Notes: generated from the sequence alone by a model not told the origin. 64,000 nt of DNA from Amoebidium appalachense (GCA_963693365.1 CAVNZM010000003.1:2072768-2136767); one strand, 5' to 3'. Positions 29,477 to 41,564 are shown, counted from the stretch's first letter. Program-made: numbers and translations.

Positions 29477-30212
29477 GCATTGCGGTGAGGTGACTGGTTA
29501 TTTGTCATGCATTAGTTGTGTTGGATTGCTGGTTTCCATATATAGTTAGTGTGGTTCGGTTTTGATTGCATGTTTTGATCTGGTCAGATTTTAAAGCATT
29601 TGATTGGTTTCTTCAGTCTGGCTTCAAATTCCAAATGCATCCTGGGAACGGGTATAAAAAGGAGTACATGTCGTTTGGATTTGAGTCTTTGGTTTTCGTT
29701 TTAGCGTTTGTGTGAGTGTCTGGCATCAGAGGTAAAAGGGATTTGTAGAGTTAGTTGGTTGAACTAAGTTTGGTGGTGCTAGTGTAAAAGCGCACAAACT
29801 AGTTGCCTTAGCTAGCTGTCCTTTTTTCTGTTGATTTCTGCAATTGTCACACGAATTCTGGCAACTCAACGTTAACCAGCTCGTTCTCCTCATTTTCAAG
29901 GTTCCTTTTTTCGCTCTAGATATTAATACGACTTTTACATTTGTCTTTTCCCTTCAGCATGCTGATTAGCTCGCTAGCGCTGAGGAGTCTTGTAGAGTGA
30001 AAAACTACGTAAATTTTGTCTGTCTCTCTGCCTATACAGTCACAGTGAAATTTCTGAACTCCAAGCATTACAAATACGTGCTCTGCTTTCCTTGACATGG
30101 GCAAGTGAGCCTCTCTTCTTCCCGAGCAGAACCCTCTTATATACGACATTGTGAGTCAATGCACGGTCTCTACTAGGTAGTCGAGCTCGGTGTAAACATA
30201 CGGCCTCCCCCT

Positions 30213-31703
30213 GTGGGGAGGTGCGGGGGGTGTCACGGTGGCGCGTGTGTGTGCTCGATGGCATCAAGGATGCCTAGGCCCAGCTTCCACAGATTCGTAC
30301 CCCCCTGCGCCTCCGGCAGCTGCCCAGCTGAGGCAGGGGGAGGCCACGGTCCACAGCCTTCGTTCCCGAACACAGCTGCCACGGAGCCAGCTGAGTTTGG
30401 TTCTTTCCCACATGTGTCTCAAGATATGTTACCCCTCCCTTTATTTCCTGTTCCGCTGTTGGGTCTCGGTTGTCGTTTCACGTCTCCAAGACGTAGATGT
30501 AGGTTTAATAGGAAGTGGATTTTATTTCAAATGGCAAACAGAGCTATAGCATCAATCAATGCTTTGTATAATAATGAGCTGCCTAGCTCGTTAGGCTCTC
30601 CTAGGGATGTTGTTCGGCAACATATGCACCACGCCTCTACCTCAGCACACACACACATTTCCACCACAGCTCCTCTCTTTTCCACGCACTTTTTTCCCAC
30701 ACCTCCTCCTAAACCCACGCACTTTTCCCATGCACCCACGCCAACACAAGAAAAAGCTATGTTTCACATTCTTTCTTCTTGCTCAGATATGTGCCGCAGG
30801 ATCAGCAATGTCCCCTTAGCGGCCGTTTCTGATTCTTTTCCATACTTTAACCATACTAAAGCTTTCACCCCCATAGTTGCTGAACGAATGGCCCTTCCCC
30901 CTCCGGGATTTGGTGCCACTGTCCCTCTCCTTTCGGTCCTTCCCCCTGACCTGAGGGTGTTGCTGGAGACGCCCGATGCATTGGTGGTGTCAGAGTCGAG
31001 TGAGGGTCACGGTGAGAGTGGGTCTGAGCCCACTGCGACCGAGGAGTCGCCCGTGCACGGAGCTTGCGGGATGGGGCAGAGGGCGACTGAGAGCACCACT
31101 GAGGGTGCAGAGGAATCCCACCCCACTCCCGGGCGTCCTGTCTTTGCCTTCTCGTCACCAGATGAGTGGCCCCTATTAGCCAAGCGAATGTTTGATTGTG
31201 GCATGATTGCTTTTTCGGAATCCGATGAGCCCCCGAAAGTCATAAATGGTTTATTTGCAGTTGAAAAAGATGAGAAAGAAGATCGTCTTATTATGGATGC
31301 CCGTCCTATGAATGCAGTTATGGTTGATCCCCCCAATCCCCTTTTTCCCAGCCCGTCGGACTTGTGTAGTAGCATCATCATCCCTAAAAATTCCGTCCTG
31401 GCTGTAGCCAAGTATGATTTTTCAAATTTCTATCATCGGTTTCGGGTTCCAGAGTGGTTGTCGTGGTATCAAGGCCTCCCCCCGGTCTCCTCCAAGGCGG
31501 CGGGGTTGCCTGGCTTGGATCGGTTGGTGTTCCCACGTGTTTTGTCGATGCCGATGGGGTGGAAATGGGCCCCGTTTCTTGCCCAGAGGTCTCACGATTT
31601 CATGATCCACCCTCCTCTTCGGGTCGACAGATGCATCCAATCAAATTTTCCGCCGGCACATTCCATGAGCAACCAATCGGATTCCGTTCATTTGAAACGT
31701 TGA
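30213..31703 (+). CDS. DIRS-like pol, N-terminal part (RT motifs 1-4)
   Basis: LFAVEKDEKEDRLIMDARPMN, AKYDFSNFYHRF and VLSMPMGWKWAP. The frame stops one codon before the DD motif. Likely ATG at 30258. Confidence 0.85.
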   Translation: MGRCGGCHGGACVCSMASRMPRPSFHRFVPPCASGSCPAEAGGGHGPQPSFPNTAATEPAEFGSFPHVSQDMLPLPLFPVPLLGLGCRFTSPRRRCRFNRKWILFQMANRAIASINALYNNELPSSLGSPRDVVRQHMHHASTSAHTHISTTAPLFSTHFFPTPPPKPTHFSHAPTPTQEKAMFHILSSCSDMCRRISNVPLAAVSDSFPYFNHTKAFTPIVAERMALPPPGFGATVPLLSVLPPDLRVLLETPDALVVSESSEGHGESGSEPTATEESPVHGACGMGQRATESTTEGAEESHPTPGRPVFAFSSPDEWPLLAKRMFDCGMIAFSESDEPPKVINGLFAVEKDEKEDRLIMDARPMNAVMVDPPNPLFPSPSDLCSSIIIPKNSVLAVAKYDFSNFYHRFRVPEWLSWYQGLPPVSSKAAGLPGLDRLVFPRVLSMPMGWKWAPFLAQRSHDFMIHPPLRVDRCIQSNFPPAHSMSNQSDSVHLKR

Positions 31704-33105
31704 TGATTGGGTGAGGATAGGGTTCGAAGAATCTAGGGTGAATTCCGAGATGACAGCAGCGGGGCTAGCAGGCGAGGAAAACGGATTCGAAATCAAGCCG
31801 TCAAAGACGGTGCGAGCAGCCCGAACTACACCCGAAACGGTGGCACTCGGTCTCGCCATTGGGTCCGACGGTAAAATTCGACCCGACTCTTCTAAGCTAG
31901 CCAAGCTTCTGGCTGACACTGAAGTCGTTTTACGCCTGCAAGCAGTGTCTCCACGAAATTTATCCCGGTTGTTGGGGGGCTGGGCTTGGTTGTTACTTTT
32001 GAATAGGTGCCTTTTCTCAGTGTTGGAATCTTGCTACGAGTTTGTTTACTCCAATGCCACGACACCACTGACAGATCTCACTATTCCCCTCGCAGTTAAG
32101 GTCGAATTGTCTATGTTGATTGCATTACTTCCCTTGGTGGTGTGTGATCTGTCGGCTCAGCCAGCCTCCGTCGTGCTGGCCTCGGATGCGTCCATGACTG
32201 GCGCAGGGGTGTCGGTTGCCAATGTCACGGTCGAGCAATCATTATTGGCGCTGTCCCAGTCCGTCTCAAAACCTGGGTATTCCTTTCTTTCCCTCGACGG
32301 GCACGACACGAAGGCCGGCGACCCTCGTTATATGCCGTCATCGGTCGAGCGCAGCAATGTTTATGTTGCAAATGAAGTTGAAGAGCCCACCTCCGTTCCC
32401 CAGTCACTTGAGCCGGAGCCCCCCGCATGCGCCGCTAGCTTGTTGGATATGGTGGATGGCTTGCAGTGGTACCATCCCATTTCCGCACGGTGGCAGCACA
32501 CAGATCACATCACCATTTTAGAGGGACATGCGTTGCTTTTGTCACTTCGTCGTTTTGTACGAGCTCCACGTAATCATCACACACGGGTCGCACATCTGAT
32601 TGACAACACAGCGTTGGTGTATGCTGTGGCGAAGGGGAGATCAAGCTCTAGGCGCCTGAACCACCTCTGTAGAAGAGTGGCAGCTCTCCTGTGCGCAGCA
32701 GCAGTGCGTCCATCCTGGGTGTGGGTGCCGTCAGCACATAACCCCGCGGATGAACCGTCACGCGCAATCGTTCCGAGTCCCAGGGTGGCACGGGTATTGA
32801 ACATCGACAGACAATCAGCTATCATCCGTCATTATGATAGGGTGATAGACCGATTTGTTGGCTGGTGTAAGACTACCCGGGGTATCGACCGGTGCGAAAA
32901 TGTCTGGGTTATTGATGAGCTTCTAAGCAGTTATGCTGCAGAGCTGTATCATGATCCAAGACCTTCACGGCTGCACAATGGGCTGGCCCACTGTCGAACG
33001 GTTTTGGCGGCCATTCACCACTTCTATCCAAGATACTATATGGATGCGTTTGTCAGAACCGAGGATGCACTCAGTGTGTGGGAATCAGAATTACTCCAGT
33101 GCTAA
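31696..33105 (+). CDS. DIRS-like pol, C-terminal part: RT (VDD), RNase H and recombinase core-binding-like domain
   Basis: Frame opens with N-V-D-D-W (31696-31710). RNase H motifs: VLASDAS, HITILEGHA, LIDNTALVYAVAKGRSSSRRLN, WVPSAHNPADEPSR. Then HYDRVIDRFVGWC...IDELLSSYAAELY...VLAAIHHFYPR...ALSVW. Confidence 0.85.
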   Translation, partial: NVDDWVRIGFEESRVNSEMTAAGLAGEENGFEIKPSKTVRAARTTPETVALGLAIGSDGKIRPDSSKLAKLLADTEVVLRLQAVSPRNLSRLLGGWAWLLLLNRCLFSVLESCYEFVYSNATTPLTDLTIPLAVKVELSMLIALLPLVVCDLSAQPASVVLASDASMTGAGVSVANVTVEQSLLALSQSVSKPGYSFLSLDGHDTKAGDPRYMPSSVERSNVYVANEVEEPTSVPQSLEPEPPACAASLLDMVDGLQWYHPISARWQHTDHITILEGHALLLSLRRFVRAPRNHHTRVAHLIDNTALVYAVAKGRSSSRRLNHLCRRVAALLCAAAVRPSWVWVPSAHNPADEPSRAIVPSPRVARVLNIDRQSAIIRHYDRVIDRFVGWCKTTRGIDRCENVWVIDELLSSYAAELYHDPRPSRLHNGLAHCRTVLAAIHHFYPRYYMDAFVRTEDALSVWESELLQC

Positions 33106-33282
33106 TTATTATTTTCCTACACATACGGCCAAGCCCGGGTGAGTACACTGTAGAGCTCAGAAACACAAAGGAATTCACAAAGCTTTAAAACTATCACAAA
33201 AGCAAGTTAGGTAGATTTGGATAGATGAAGGGGTGTCCTTGGCCATTGCGCGTTAGGGACACTGTTTCCTTCTTAAGGGTAG

Positions 33283-33351
<69 letters not shown>

Positions 33352-33539
33352 GTACGTGCACGTACACACACCATAGTTTTCATCATGTTCGTTAGATGTC
33401 CATCAACAGTTATTCATAATATTCTTTTTAAGTATTTATTTTATTTTCAAAATAATAAACTTCCGTACTTGCCTCTGATTTCATGTCCATGAGTCTCGGG
33501 GAGCCACGACGGTAGCAAGAAATGGTCTTGCCTCCGGCA

Positions 33540-33592
33540 TGTGGTTTTCAAGCGGGAGGAGGCAGCGGTGAGAGACGAAGATCCACCGAGTG
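33540..33592 (+). repeat. 53-bp direct repeat, right copy, bracketed by tgcctccggc
   Basis: Identical to 29424-29476. tgcctccggc occurs at 33529-33538 and 33591-33600. Confidence 0.95.
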
Positions 33593-33628
33593 CCTCCGGC
33601 CTCCGGCAGTTCGATGGCTGGGTCGGGC

Positions 33629-33810
33629 TTTGTGATGGCATGCGGAATAGCTTTATTGGCTAGAATTTTTAGCCTTACAAGGCGGTCGGAGTTGACGTAA
33701 ACATCGACACTGCCGGATCAAACTCGGTTTTCGAAATTCTGAGTGTGCGGAGAGCCTACGGTATAGAGAGTGGGCAGTGGGTTTGTGATGGCATGCGGAA
33801 TAGCCTTATT
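33629..33810 (+). repeat. 29-bp direct repeat pair
   Basis: tttgtgatggcatgcggaatagc(t/c)ttatt at 33629-33657 and 33782-33810, one mismatch. Confidence 0.9.
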
Positions 33811-33899
33811 TGACTAGTTTGGCGTTCACAGCGATCGTGAGCCAATCAAACGAAAGTAGTGGATTTTGCAGCTTTTTCAAGGGCGCAACCATTCAAATC

Positions 33900-35150
33900 A
33901 TGGCCCAAGATCCCATGCACTTAGATCCCGAACCCGTGCGCTGGGTGCCGCCTGACCTGGACGACCTTGCGCATGGACGTGTCTCTGATGCTGTCCGCCT
34001 TGTGCATGCAGAGCCACCACAGGCTATGAGAAGCCTGGGATTTACATGCTACCTTCTTAGTGTGGTACACGATGGTGCTGCTGATAATCCAAAAGATGTC
34101 GACCCTGAGGCTTTCGAAGAGTTTTTCGAGCATGTCACAGTGCAGCTTTTCAAATTAGTAGTCCCTCAGCCAGGCGACCGAGTTCAAATTAAAACCCAGC
34201 TCATACGCCACGACTCGCTCACTGGGGACGACCCTGTGCATGGCAAGGTGACATGGCAGACCATTGTACCGCTTACAGATGTCCGCAGTGTGAGCAAGTT
34301 GGTGCGTAGCCTCAGTGACTACTACAGTGAAATGGACCATCAGTATGGCACAACCTTTGCTTTCGAATTCTCGCGCTGTCATATAGAGGTGCTGTTTCAC
34401 ACTCCTGAGCATCTAATTGCAAGCAGCTGGCAGGCAGCAAGGAGGGTCCTCCCATGTGCTTCAGCAGTGGCGTGCTGGGATGCGTGTTGGCTGCACCCTA
34501 GGCCTCTAGTGTCGAACGTAGCAATGAAGCAGACATCAATGCTGCACACTTGCGCAAGGATGGTGCAATTGTAGACTACAGCAGTAAGGGCAAGCAGGAC
34601 TGCTTTACTACCAACCTGGCGGCTGCCGTCCTTTTGGACAAATATCGGCGGCATGAGCTGAGCAGAGACCCTAGGTGGCTGGCAAGGCCCGCGCGTGAAA
34701 AGGGTGCCGACATCGTTCGTGCAGCAGTAAAAAGCAGCAACCCCCAACTGTTTGCTGGTATTGAGAGCCGTGCATGGACCGGGGAGGAGATGGAGCAGGC
34801 TGTGTACCTGATTAACACTGGCGCTGTGTGGAGCAGTGAGTTCGGGCCAGGCAAGCGTATGTTGTGTCTACATCTTGTAAATTTGGACGATGACTGTCGT
34901 GCGTTTGCCAGCAAACTCAGCGGGGTACCCAGCCATATGACGAGCTGCTAAAAGCAGATGCAGAAGACAGTGGTCGTGTTGTTTTTGCCTACCTTGCCAT
35001 TAAGGCCTTTGTGTCGACGTCACAGTGAGTGGGACAGGGGGGCAGGAGCATCAGCATGTCCAGCTCATCAAGGATATGAAGGCACTGCATCTGTGCAGGG
35101 AGCGAAGGCGAGCTCTCCATGGGCGTACCTTTGCCGCAACAAAGCACCTG
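33900..35150 (+). pseudogene. Frameshifted fragment resembling the N-terminal region of a Polinton/adintovirus protein-primed DNA polymerase B
   Basis: Intron-less overlapping frames give, in order, PGDRVQIK, IEVLFHTPEHLIASSW, LRKDGAIVD...QDCFTTNLAAAVL, VFAYLAI...HVQLIKDMKAL and AYLCRN. This matches my recollection of the pPolB N-terminal pattern. No exonuclease or polymerase domain follows. Confidence 0.45.
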
Positions 35151-35989
35151 ACCCCATGCGACTGGTGCTTGGATTTGGTTGACAGGCTGTAAAATTTTAT
35201 AAGTATTTGTGACAGGAAGCAAAACAGAGACACAGTGGTGCAGTGTGAAAACACCACAGACACACAACAACAAAACACTGAACGATCGGAGCAGTGTACA
35301 CAACAGACAACAATGTTTAGACACGACTTACGAAATCAATCCATTGATTTCGTATATATACTTGTGAATCCTAAGTCAAATCAATACATGATTTTCGACC
35401 AGTCGAAATCAGATATATGTCTAAAATAACCAATCACAATGAACTGATTATTTCCAGGATAGATCCAGCGACACAGGAACGCACACCATAGGTCACAGCT
35501 ATGTACCAGCAACGCAAGCTCGACCCGCACGCACAATGTCAACACAAACGCAACACACACATGGCTGCCCTGCAAGGGACACCGCACCCACCCGAGGATA
35601 CATCGAATCAGTGGTCATGTGAGACTAACCCATTATTTTCTGTGCTATTATCGAGCATGCACGGAACGTGGAACAACATACAGCCCCTGACCATCCCAAA
35701 CGGAATCAGATGCGACTCTCTCGATCTTGACACCCACCGCCTCATAACCGCGTTAGGTTACCCGTTTTTTGAACACCCACATCTAGGCTCAGATGTACAA
35801 CGGTTCATGCGACCATACACTTACACGTAGACGGTGTTCTCGTACATATACACATTCGTCAGCACGTGCACACATGTGTGCGCTCACATACACGTGCGCG
35901 CACACGTGCACACACGTACATGGTGGCTTATGTTCTGTCTCCATGATGCCCATTAATGATGCACACCCAGGCTCTTTCCGCAGCCAAAG

Positions 35990-36090
35990 ACGTACACACA
36001 CACCTACACGTACACACACATCTACACGTACACACACACCTACACGTACACACACACCTACACGTACACACACACCTACACGTACACACA
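35990..36090. repeat. 18-bp tandem repeat, ~5 copies
   Basis: acgtacacacacacctac units fill a short intron. Confidence 0.8.
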
Positions 36091-36565
36091 CGCACACACA
36101 CACATTTACAGGGTACCGTACGTTTCGTCTCCATAATGCCAAGCATCGACGCCCGTCTCTCCTTCCTGCGAGAACACAACAAGGAAAGAAAACTCCATGG
36201 AATGTTGAGGCAGTCAGGCCAGTACGTGCGATTGGCCGATATGATGGCGACCAAAGATGATTGGCTGGCCGCAGCCAATGAGATGAGCCGCCCAAATTCC
36301 TCGTTGTGTGGTATGTAGCTCCTTAGGTCCAGTGCTTTTACCCCCCCCCCCCCCCCCCGCTTTCACCACTCCCCCCCCCTCCCCCCCCCCCCCCTGCTTT
36401 CACCACTCCCCCCCACACAGCACATTCTGTGTATTTTAAACTTCTTCACTTGCATATACCTCTCCCTCCTCCCTCCCCCTCCCCTCTTCCCCCCCCCCAC
36501 ACACAGAAGAACAAACGAACGACGACGAGAAAGAAAGAAAGAAGAAAGAAAGGACGAAAGAAAGG

Positions 36566-36604
<39 letters not shown>

Positions 36605-36695
36605 CAGAACGGGAGCTAAATCAGTCTTCCCCCCCCCCCCCCCTCCAGTCCCTCTCTCCACCTCCCTCCCTCCCCTCCCCCCCCCTTCCCCCCCC

Positions 36696-36730
<35 letters not shown>

Positions 36731-37052
36731 CACCCACACCCACCTGCACACAGTCGGTGCTTCTTTCTGCTGCCCTCTACCTCGAAAAATCTGCCGATGG
36801 TGCAGACCGTGAGTCGATTAGCAGATCTCTGCGATCTGCGATTGAAATTTACCGACGGATGGGTGAAATGGGGTATGGATTGGCCGATGAGAAGAGAACA
36901 CTGTGTCTGGTGGCGTTGGCACAGGCCACGGGAGATCGGGAGGCAATCGATCAGGCACTTGGGTGGGTAGCCGAACACACACATGTGCACGCGCGCGCAC
37001 ACACACGCACACACACACGGGCACACCCGCGTACACAGACGTACGAACACAT

Positions 37053-37138
<86 letters not shown>

Positions 37139-37207
37139 GCGCGCGCGCGCCCACACACACGCACACACTCGCACACACACACACATGCGCACGCGAGCAC
37201 ACACACA

Positions 37208-37275
<68 letters not shown>

Positions 37276-37331
37276 CGACACATGCATGCACAGGCACACA
37301 CACACACATGCACTCACGCACAGGCGCGCGT

Positions 37332-37404
<73 letters not shown>

Positions 37405-37533
37405 CACACGCACGCACACACACACACACACACAAACACAACACGCACTCACGTGTACCATCTAGCGTGCACACGTACACACTCATATAAGCGGACAAAG
37501 AAAGGAACAGAAAGAAAAATGCAGAATCATACA

Positions 37534-37720
37534 CAGTGCTTGCACCGTCTTTCTGCACCAATCGGAGCAAGGCAGGTCTATAGGATGCGATTGGCTGGCG
37601 GTTGGACTCTAAATGACAATTTTTTGAGCGAAGGAAACGATTCCCATATAGATTTCCCATTACCGGCCAATCATATGACTGCAAAAATCTGATTGGTGCA
37701 GAAAGACAGTGCAAGCACTG
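37534..37720. mobile_element. MITE (Tc1/mariner-like ends), 187 bp
   Basis: 33-bp terminal inverted repeats cagtgcttgcaccgtctttctgcaccaatcgga / tctgattggtgcagaaagacagtgcaagcactg (2 mismatches). TA on the right flank, CA on the left. Non-coding. Confidence 0.75.
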
Positions 37721-37915
37721 TACATCGATGCATATTGTTGTAATTTACAGGAGACTTGCCGTTGCGCCTGGGGGCTTAGCACCGTAGTTTAGGGAGAGAA
37801 GGTTATGTTTTGAAAGAAATGTGTAAAAGTATAGATTACATATTTCAGGACTTTGGTTTCGTTCAGATTTGAGCAATGTAATAAGCCTAAAGAATAATGG
37901 CGTGACAAATGATTA

Positions 37916-38036
37916 GATTATGTTGATATAGAGAGGGGGGGGGGGGGGGAGTGAAAGGGATGGAGGGGAAGGAAGATAGTGTGGGAGAGATATGGGGAAA
38001 GACGGGAGGGGGGGGAGGGGGGAGTACAGATAGAGA

Positions 38037-38077
<41 letters not shown>

Positions 38078-38450
38078 CGCGCGCGCGCATGCACGCGCGA
38101 GCGTGTGCGTGTTCATGTAGATTTTCTTTCTAGCACCCATTTCTGTTTTTTCTTTTTTTCCTTGATTATGTTGATATAGTGAGAAAGGGGGGGGGGGGGG
38201 GGGGGGGAAGGGGGGGGGGGGGAAGTGAAAGGGATGGAGGGGAAGGAAGATAATGTGGGAGAGATATGGGGAAAGTGGGGGGGGGGGGGGGGGGGGGGTA
38301 CAGATAGAGATAAAGTGTGTGTGTGTGTTGTGTGTGGTGGGTGGGTGGGTGGGTGGGTGGGTGGGTGGGTGGGTGTGTGTGTGTGTGCACACGCGTGTGT
38401 GCGTTTTCATGTAGATTGTCTTTCAGCACACATTTCTGTTTTTTCTTTTC
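37916..38450. repeat. ~250-bp imperfect tandem duplication
   Basis: gattatgttgatatag...gtgaaagggatggaggggaaggaagata...gtacagatagagata...catgtagatt...catttctgttttttctttt present from ~37916 and again from ~38164. Confidence 0.85.
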
Positions 38451-38877
38451 TTCCTTGCTTTGTTCTTCTTTACCTTTCTTTTTCTTTCTTTCTCTCTCTC
38501 TCTTTTTTTTTTTTTTTTTTTTTTTGGTGGTGGTGGGGGGGGGGGGGGGGGGGGGGGGGGGAGCATATATATCAAGGATGTTTTGTTTTTTGTTTTTTTT
38601 TGGGGGGGGGGGGGGGGGGGAGGGGGGGGGGGGAGGGGGGGGGGGGGGGGGAGACAGAAGCCAGAGTGCTGATGAATTCACTAACTCCAGGTGTATGAAA
38701 AGAGAGATGAAGCACAGCCAGCCAAGGGGGATACAGTGTGGGTGTTTGGTCTTGCCCGGGCAATGGTGGCCGAGATAGCCGGGGATATACTCAGCCCTGT
38801 ACCGGCCGGATACAAGTCCCTGCCCCTGGCGAGTTATCCAATCCTTTTTTTCCCCCTCCCGTTTGATCCCCCCCCCC

Positions 38878-38914
<37 letters not shown>

Positions 38915-39621
38915 CGGCCTCCCCCCCCCCCCCTTCCCCCCCCGGTTTTTGCCCTCCTAGTAATAGCTGCTTTCTTTAAGTCTCCCTTTTTTTTTTTTTT
39001 TTTTTTTTTTGTCCTTCCCGTCTAGAAAGGCAGAAGGACAGGCAGACAGGAGGCATGTTGGTGGGGAAGGGGTTGGGGGGCTGGGGGAAAGGCGGGGGGG
39101 GGGGGGGGAGGGGGGCACTTGGAAAATAACTTGCACCCATTGACCTTGAATTAATATTTAATAACAGGTAGAAGATAAGATGCGACAGACACTCGCCACT
39201 GCCCGCACTGAGATTTTCACCCGCCCACACATTCTGGAAATTTGCCCAAACGGCGGCGCAAGTTGCCGAAAGGGGGGCTCTTACCGACAAGGGGGTATCG
39301 GGGGACAAGGACACCATCACCTCTCTGTATACGTATGGGCTGCAGTACGTGCAGGGGTTTAGTGGCGCACAAGGCGGCGTGGAGGTATTGGGGGATTATA
39401 GAATCTGCTGTGAGGGCCAAGGTGCTGAGACCGAAGACTCCGGAAGCTCTCCCTGGACACCCCCTCCTGTTTGTGGTATGGTGAAATTTCTAGACCCCCG
39501 GCAACCACCACAACCACGCACGAAGGCACACACGCACAGAGAGGCACACACACACACACATACAAAGAGGCACACACACACACACACACGGGCACACACA
39601 GACACGCACACACACACACAG

Positions 39622-39655
<34 letters not shown>

Positions 39656-40278
39656 ACAAACAGACACAGACACAGACACAGACACACACGCACACACACA
39701 CACATGCACACAAGAATCCATGCGCACCCATACATGGACGCAGACACATACACACAACTACAAACACACAGGCACACGCCACGCACAAGCACGGCATATC
39801 TGAGCACACAAGCAGGTACATAACCTCCAGAGACACAAGCAAACCAACGAGTGACCCCCTTTTTTTGTTGTTTCCTCTTCCGCTTAATCTCTCGTGCGTG
39901 TGTGTGTCGGTATATGCAAGCATCCACATGCATATGTTAATTGAGAAGGTGTCGGCCTGAAGAAGGGGAGAAGGGGGAGGGGGGAAGCGGGAGAAAGGGG
40001 GGGGGGGGGGGAGAAGAAGAGGTTGGATAAAACGAACAGTAAATGGTTGGGATAAGTAATTGTGGCACGGAAACTGAAACCAGGCAGCCGGCCGGGAACA
40101 CTAATCTGGATTTGGCTGTCAATTTCAGAGCCTAACCAGGGTCTGATCGTTGGTTTTCAGGTGGATCGGCACGATTTCTTTGCGGCTGTGGCTGAGGAGT
40201 TTTCCTCTCGATCAATCAAGGTTGCCGGCCAGGTGAGATTCCATGGATTGACCCCCGCCCCCCCTCCCCCCCCCCCCC

Positions 40279-40407
<129 letters not shown>

Positions 40408-40909
40408 AAATAAATAAACAAAACAAATAAAACTCGTTAGAAGAAGACAAAAGGAATGCAGTGGGAAAGACAATGTTTTCCTACATAGAGAAACACCCAC
40501 AACTTTTCACGTGCTGCCTTGCAGATATAAAAAGTGCAGGCACATTGAGAGAATGTTTGCGCACACATTTCCCGACATGGACCCCCCCTCCTCCCCCTTT
40601 CTTTCCCAAAGCCCTTTCTCTCACCCTCCCTCTCCCTCTCCCCTTGCTTTCTCTCTCCCTCCCTTCCTTCACCCCTGTTCCCCACCCTCTCTGTCTCCCC
40701 CCCCCCCCCCCCCCCCCACCCCCCCCCCCCCCCCCTGCTCACCCCCAAGTGACTGTCAAATCTAAAATGAGATTAGCACCCACACGCTCTCACACGGGAT
40801 AAGGTATCCTCCGTGTCTCACATTAGATTCTGTTCCAAAAACGGCTTTACCGATGTTTTTTTTCCGGCCCCATTTTTGCACTCTTGGGTTTCTTCCCACA
40901 GTGCACACG

Positions 40910-41012
<103 letters not shown>

Positions 41013-41102
41013 AGCCTCCCGTCATACACACACACACACACACACGTAACCCTCCTCCCTCCCCTCCTCCCCCGCCTCCCCCAAACACACACACGTATCC
41101 CC

Positions 41103-41143
<41 letters not shown>

Positions 41144-41363
41144 ACACACACACATCATGCAGGCACTTCGCCGCATACGCCCCTACCTCCCAGACTCGTT
41201 CAAGCCCATCTCCGATCAGTACCGATCGCTACCCCCTCGTGCGATCGTCCAATTACAACTGCGCCTGCTGACTATTTGGACTAATGCTGCCCAGCTATTG
41301 GCTACCATCATGAGCCATCTGGTCGCTCCACCCCTTGACAGGCTGACCTCAAGTAAAAACTCC

Positions 41364-41404
<41 letters not shown>

Positions 41405-41470
41405 ATTGCACCCCACCCACTTCCCCTCCTACCTCCACGCGAGCGCGCACGCGAGCGCGCACGCAGACAT

Positions 41471-41564
<94 letters not shown>

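Larger units (their letters stand above)
29424..33592 (+). mobile_element. DIRS-like (tyrosine-recombinase group) retrotransposon, defective; boundaries inferred from a 53-bp direct repeat
   Basis: Carries RT and DIRS-type RNase H ORFs. Identical 53-bp sequences at 29424-29476 and 33540-33592. The coding part has no introns or microsatellites. Confidence 0.75.

Noticed and set aside
35235-35429. FVYILVNPKSNQY resembling the start of a GIY-YIG nuclease
   Set aside because: The second YIG motif and the catalytic Arg/Glu are absent, and the ORF is too short.
40461-40580. Protein-like stretch MFSYIEKHPQLFTCC and antisense KSCGC
   Set aside because: The flanking exons 40161-40232 and 41163-41352 join in phase without it, and no family is recognisable.
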